Virus record (IMG/VR): IMGVR_UViG_3300035703_000091
Coordinates: 1-63,441 of that record
Origin: a virus
Lineage: Duplodnaviria; Caudoviricetes
Length of the DNA: 63,441 nt
Strand: one strand, 5' to 3'
This document shows, in pieces, positions 59,130 to 63,441 of this stretch (the stretch's first letter is position 1; each line of letters opens with the position of its first letter). Under the pieces are notes generated by a model. The model was not told where the DNA came from. It made no database searches and saw only the letters and a list, made by a program, of their open reading frames with translations. Position numbers and translations under genes: made by a program.

Positions 59130-59806
59130 GAATCCTAGCCCTAGCCGCCGTAGCGGCCCTGTCCTTCGCCACGGCGGCGTGCGACCGCGCCATCTCCAAC
59201 ATGCAGACCTACGTCTCCGACGACTGCGGCGTGAGGTGGAAGGAAATCCCGCCGGGTGGCGCCGTCCCGGCCCGAGTCGGCGTCTGCGCCCTGAAGGTCA
59301 CGATCCCCGGCTACCCCATGGCCGGCGAGGCGAAGTTCCGCACTTCTTTCGCCAACCGTGTCATGGCCGACGTCTCGATCAGCTACGAATATACGATCGT
59401 GGATGGCAAGAAGTTCCTGACCGAGGCGCGCTACCTGGGTCGCCAGAACTCGGAGGGCGACGGCGAGGCCAACTCGGCGTCGAAATACGAGAGCGCCGAG
59501 AACACCATCATCGACCGGCGTATCCGTGAGGCCGTCACCTCGTCTTTGATCGGACAGGACATCGTCGACTTCGACCAGGGCAAGTCCGAGGACGTGCTGA
59601 TGGGCGCGATCAACAAGGCTCTGGCCGAGCGCGGCGTCGAACTGGTGTCCATGGCCCTCGTCGTCACGCCGGACAACCAGACGCGACAAGCGATGGACGT
59701 GGTCTCGGCGCGCCGGGTCTACGCTTCGGCCGCGATCCCCGATCTGGGCGACGACATCATCGTCGCGCGGTCAGGCGCGAGCCAGGTCACGGTGCAGTCG
59801 AAATAA
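59126..59806 (+). CDS. SPFH/Band-7-like lipoprotein
   Basis: Lipobox TAAC; IIDRRIREAV...INKALAERGVEL..M.P...QAMD. Confidence 0.65.
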   Translation: MRILALAAVAALSFATAACDRAISNMQTYVSDDCGVRWKEIPPGGAVPARVGVCALKVTIPGYPMAGEAKFRTSFANRVMADVSISYEYTIVDGKKFLTEARYLGRQNSEGDGEANSASKYESAENTIIDRRIREAVTSSLIGQDIVDFDQGKSEDVLMGAINKALAERGVELVSMALVVTPDNQTRQAMDVVSARRVYASAAIPDLGDDIIVARSGASQVTVQSK

Positions 59807-59826
59807 GACCCACCCCCGCCTGACGA

Positions 59827-59853
59827 GAAAACCCCGCTTCGGCGGGGTTTTTT
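59827..59853. terminator. Bidirectional intrinsic terminator
   Basis: AAAACCCCGC-TTCG-GCGGGGTTTTT between convergent genes. Confidence 0.9.
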
Positions 59854-62191
59854 ACGCCGCCTCGTCCACCGCCACCTTGGCGAACACCCGCTGCGTCGGC
59901 CGCCCGCCCTTCTCGCCCGATCGGACGTCCCGGTAGACCTCCTCGGCCGCGAGAAGCTGGCCCATGATGTCGTCGTAGCGGCGCTTGTCGAACTTGCCGC
60001 GGATCGCGCGGATCAGGTCGCGCTCGGGGATGCCCCACTGGCCCGCCTCGCGGACCTGGCGCAACACCCACAGATACTCCGCCTGCTTGTCGCTGTCGGC
60101 GACGCGCGATTCCAGCGCACCCAGGAGCGCCGTCGCCGAACACGTCACCACCGTCCGCGCCCATTCGAGCGCCGCCGTCGTGATGACCGGGTTCTCCGCC
60201 TCGCAGCCCACCGCGTAGAGCAGGGCCAGCTTCACGACGTGCTCCGCTTCGCGGCTGGCCACGATCTCGCGCATCCCGCCCGACGACATGGCCTCCTCCC
60301 GCTTCGAGGTTCGGAAGTCCATGAACCACTCTTCGGCGCCGACGCCCCACTCGGCCCTGATCGGCTTGTTCGGCATCCCGCCGACGCCGTTCAGGTTGCC
60401 CTTGGGCCGCACGTCCATGATGGCCCGCAGTCGGGCCAGGAGCGCGGCCGGCGGCTGGCTGGGGTCGGCCTTCGGCCGGACGATCTCGGGGCGCGCGTCG
60501 CCCACGTCGAAGATCAGGAAGCGCGGCAGCAGGCCGTCCTCGGCGCTGGCCGACGAGAAGGTGTTCCACAGCTTGCCCGGCGTCGTCGCGCCGCCGATGC
60601 ACAGGTTCGGGTTCATGATCGGCACGGCCTTCTCGGTCGCGCCCTCGGAGCCGTGATAGACCCCGTTGGCGCGCGAGAACAGCGTCAGCATCATGTCCCG
60701 CATTCGCCGGTCATGGGCGGCCGCCTTGCGGTCCAGAATCTTCCCGATCCAGCCGTCGAACTCGTCCATCAGGACGGCGACGCTGGGCTTGATCTCGAGC
60801 AGCTTACGGAAGGCGCTGTCTGATTTTATATCCTCGGGCCCCAGATATTTTTGCAGGCCCGCCTCATAGGCCAGCGTCGAGCAACACGTCGGGCTATGGT
60901 TCTTCCCGAAGCCAGTGGGTGCGACGCCCACCGTGTAGAAGTTCGTCCGCGCGCGGGTCGGACCCTCGAAGCGCCGACCGATGAACGCACCCAGCGTGGG
61001 GATTGCGGCGGCGAGCGCCAGTTGGGGCGACGGCGTGTCGGCGCTGGCGACGATCCACTCTGTGATCTCACCCAGGACGCCGGGCGGGAAGCACGCTGCG
61101 TCGGGCACGACGGGGCCCAGCGGAGCCGGCTCATGCAGGATCGACACCTCGGCCACCACCGCCGCGTTCGGATCGACCAGGCCCGCCAGGTTCGTTCTTT
61201 TCGGCGCGGCCGGAACCTCGGGCTCGGCCATGGATTTAAGGGCCAGAGTTACGGGCTTTTGAGGTGCGACATGCTCCTGCAACCAGCGGAAGGCCAGGTC
61301 GAGATCGCACCCGCACGCGGCCATGACGAGGTCGAGGGGAGTGTAGCCCTTGTCGGCGTCGCCGAAATCCTTGATGCCGTGGGGGTCGATCGACAGGTTC
61401 GCCGCGCGCTTGGAGATGTGCCGACCGGACGCGGACGGGCGCCAGTGCGCCGTCGCGCGATAGCCGCCGCCGGAGCGGGTGCAGTTGTAGAGGTTGAGCG
61501 CCGGCACCCAGGCGTCGAGGTTCTGAAGCGCGGCGTCGTTCAGCGCCCGATGGATGCTCTCGCCCTCGAGGCTGGCCTCGCCCTTGGCGTGGACGACGGG
61601 CGGCTGATAGCCGAAGGGAGCGAGCGCCGCGGCGATCTGATCACCGATGTCGTCGGGCAGGACGGGCAGGTCGGCGAGATCGTAGGTCTCGAGGGTGTCC
61701 GGCGTGATCCAGTGATAGGCCCCGCCGCTCGGGTGGATCGTCGGCGGAAGCACCGTCTGCCGCCCATGGGCCAGCAGGTCCAGCACGCGCTCGCCGCCGA
61801 CGTTGAAGCTGCGGTTGATGACGGCGGGACGGGCCAGGTAGAAGCGGCACTCGCCCTTTCGGCCGCGCTTTCGCACGGGCGAGGGCGGCAGGACGCCGTT
61901 CATGGCGGCGACGAGCGCGGCGTCGTCCGTGTCGACGTCGGCCGCGACGAGGATCATGCCCTTCACGCCGCTGGACGCACCCAGGGCGACGCCGATGCCG
62001 GCGTCGGGCCACTTCTCCCAAACGTTCATCTCGAGGTCGGTCGGCTTGCGGTCGCAGAACCGCGACCAGCCGTGCTCGAGCCGCCACTGGCCCTGCGTCA
62101 TGGTTCCGGGCGCCTTGGCTCCCGGCATTATGGGGATCACGGAGAGGCCGTTGTCGCGGAGGCGATCACCGGCGGCGGCGAAGGGAGACAT
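59852..62191 (-). CDS. Bifunctional primase-polymerase with C-terminal P-loop (DUF3987-like) domain
   Basis: VIPI.PG.K.P, DVD, QTVLPPTIHP; APTGFGKN, MDEF, DGLLPRF. Confidence 0.88.
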   Translation of the reverse strand: MSPFAAAGDRLRDNGLSVIPIMPGAKAPGTMTQGQWRLEHGWSRFCDRKPTDLEMNVWEKWPDAGIGVALGASSGVKGMILVAADVDTDDAALVAAMNGVLPPSPVRKRGRKGECRFYLARPAVINRSFNVGGERVLDLLAHGRQTVLPPTIHPSGGAYHWITPDTLETYDLADLPVLPDDIGDQIAAALAPFGYQPPVVHAKGEASLEGESIHRALNDAALQNLDAWVPALNLYNCTRSGGGYRATAHWRPSASGRHISKRAANLSIDPHGIKDFGDADKGYTPLDLVMAACGCDLDLAFRWLQEHVAPQKPVTLALKSMAEPEVPAAPKRTNLAGLVDPNAAVVAEVSILHEPAPLGPVVPDAACFPPGVLGEITEWIVASADTPSPQLALAAAIPTLGAFIGRRFEGPTRARTNFYTVGVAPTGFGKNHSPTCCSTLAYEAGLQKYLGPEDIKSDSAFRKLLEIKPSVAVLMDEFDGWIGKILDRKAAAHDRRMRDMMLTLFSRANGVYHGSEGATEKAVPIMNPNLCIGGATTPGKLWNTFSSASAEDGLLPRFLIFDVGDARPEIVRPKADPSQPPAALLARLRAIMDVRPKGNLNGVGGMPNKPIRAEWGVGAEEWFMDFRTSKREEAMSSGGMREIVASREAEHVVKLALLYAVGCEAENPVITTAALEWARTVVTCSATALLGALESRVADSDKQAEYLWVLRQVREAGQWGIPERDLIRAIRGKFDKRRYDDIMGQLLAAEEVYRDVRSGEKGGRPTQRVFAKVAVDEAA

Positions 62192-62231
62192 TCAGAGACC
62201 TTGTGCGAGAGGAGCGGGGAGCGCGAGCCGC

Positions 62232-62612
62232 CTAGAATGGCGGCGCTGCTCTCGCGGCTTCGGCCATGGCCTCGCTGTATCCACACAGCATGTGCGCGGA
62301 AAAGGCGTCGAGTTCGGCGTCTGAGAGATCACGAAGATCGAACTTGCCGATGGACGCAAGATATTCTCCGGCGCGATCCATCCCTACGCGCAGGGCCGCG
62401 GCTTCGGTCTCGGAAACGTCGTTCATGGCTTCTCTCATGGGTGCGTGGCTGGCGCAGCGGCCGCAGACGGCCAGGTGCTTATAGGTGAGGTTCTTGGGCG
62501 CGGGCTCGCGCCGGCAGACGTAGCAATAGGAGCCCTGGGCCGCCCGCATGATGTGCGCGGCCTCGTCGAGGGTCTGGGGCTCGAAGCTGTGGCGGGCGGG
62601 TTCGTCGGTCAT
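62232..62612 (-). CDS. DUF6511-like protein
   Basis: CYVC..C..C; E.AAL..G...AGEYL..IG..DL; position upstream of primase. Confidence 0.65.
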   Translation of the reverse strand: MTDEPARHSFEPQTLDEAAHIMRAAQGSYCYVCRREPAPKNLTYKHLAVCGRCASHAPMREAMNDVSETEAAALRVGMDRAGEYLASIGKFDLRDLSDAELDAFSAHMLCGYSEAMAEAARAAPPF

Positions 62613-63217
62613 GCGAAAACGCTCACTCGTTCACCGGGGCACCCGGCCTCAATCCAGCCGCCCCATTGGTCGGCCATGGCGTCGGCGATGCCGGAATAGG
62701 TCTGGCTCCGCAACTTCCACCGATCCTCGCTGGGCGGCATCTTGTGGATGCGCGCCTCGCGGCCCTCGACGACGTCCGTGGGTGTCAGCTTCGGAAGGCC
62801 CTTCAGCCAGAGACAGGTCGCCTTGGTCTCGCCGTGCCCGAACTGCCACGGCTGGATCGTCTGGTCGGGGCGCCGCCAGACCGAGGACATGATGCAGACC
62901 GGGTTCTCGATCGCTATGCGGGGAATGTCCAGCTTCGCCAGGCGCATGAAGAACGCCACCGCGGCCTGCTGCTGGCCAGTGAGGCGCTTGCCCTCGAAGT
63001 GACGCGCCCCCGAGACGGCGAGGTGCGTGCAGGGCGGATGGAAGATGGCCAAGTCCCACGGATAGTCGACGACGTCGAACACATCGCCCTGATAGTGCGG
63101 GCCGGGTGCGTCGGTCGGAAGCAGATCGGCAGACATGGCGTTGTGGCCACGGCGGATGAAGGCGTCGCGGACAGCCCCGCTGTATTCGCACCCGATCAGG
63201 ACGTTGAGAGGTTTCAT
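62609..63217 (-). CDS. Short C5 cytosine methyltransferase-like protein
   Basis: VLIGCEYSG, FHPPCTHL, IENPV, RSQTYSGIA.AMA.QW. Confidence 0.85.
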   Translation of the reverse strand: MKPLNVLIGCEYSGAVRDAFIRRGHNAMSADLLPTDAPGPHYQGDVFDVVDYPWDLAIFHPPCTHLAVSGARHFEGKRLTGQQQAAVAFFMRLAKLDIPRIAIENPVCIMSSVWRRPDQTIQPWQFGHGETKATCLWLKGLPKLTPTDVVEGREARIHKMPPSEDRWKLRSQTYSGIADAMADQWGGWIEAGCPGERVSVFA

Positions 63218-63225
63218 GAGCGATT

Positions 63226-63441
63226 TCAAAAAGGAATGTCGTCGTTGAGGTCGTAGTGCGTGATCGCCGGCGAACGCCACCCCGACGTCGGGGCCGCCGG
63301 CTGCTCCACCACGCCCTCGGCGTCGCCGCCGTTCCGACGTCCCGTGACGCGCCAGTATTTGCCATCCGCCTCGATGCGGATTTCGTCGATCGGGCGGAGT
63401 TCGCCCACTCGACTTAGCATCTCGTCCACGGTCGTCGGGGT
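63226..63441 (-). CDS. C-terminal end of the helicase (wraps from position 1)
   Basis: In frame with 1-1715 through the overlap; ends DLNDDIPF-stop. Confidence 0.88.
   Translation of the reverse strand, partial: TPTTVDEMLSRVGELRPIDEIRIEADGKYWRVTGRRNGGDAEGVVEQPAAPTSGWRSPAITHYDLNDDIPF
63239..63441 (+). repeat. Terminal direct repeat copy 2
   Basis: 201/203 identical to 1-203. Confidence 0.95.

Larger units (their letters stand above)
1..63441. mobile_element. Complete temperate phage genome (lambda-like head, P2-like contractile tail), excised/circular form
   Basis: Full set of head, tail, lysis, replication and lysogeny genes; terminal 203-bp overlap; a single att core with phage genes on both sides; no host housekeeping operons. 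Confidence 0.95.

Overview
The window is one apparently complete, GC-rich temperate phage genome of about 63,238 bp. Bases 1-203 recur at 63239-63441 with 2 mismatches, so the contig is circular and is cut inside the helicase gene. The host is most likely an alphaproteobacterium, perhaps Caulobacterales; this is inferred from a GcrA homolog and CtrA/OmpR-like winged-helix proteins. The genome has a lambda-like head and packaging module (Nu1, gpA, gpW, portal, S49 protease, D, E), a P2-like contractile tail and a TIGR02594/holin/spanin lysis cassette. It also encodes a CI-like repressor, a tyrosine integrase with an attP matching the 3' half of tRNA-Gly(CCC), a primase-polymerase, a RadD-like helicase, a Cas4-like nuclease, a beta clamp and three DNA methyltransferases. 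Many small accessory genes sit behind a family of repeated promoters. The most unusual element is an ~800-nt, promoter- and terminator-bounded, densely base-paired non-coding region (16100-16905, minus) with internal repeated hairpins, lying directly upstream of an HNH nuclease and attP. A nearby ~110-nt transcription unit encodes only an ATG-CGC-TGA minigene. All assignments are by eye from motifs and synteny; no database searches were run.
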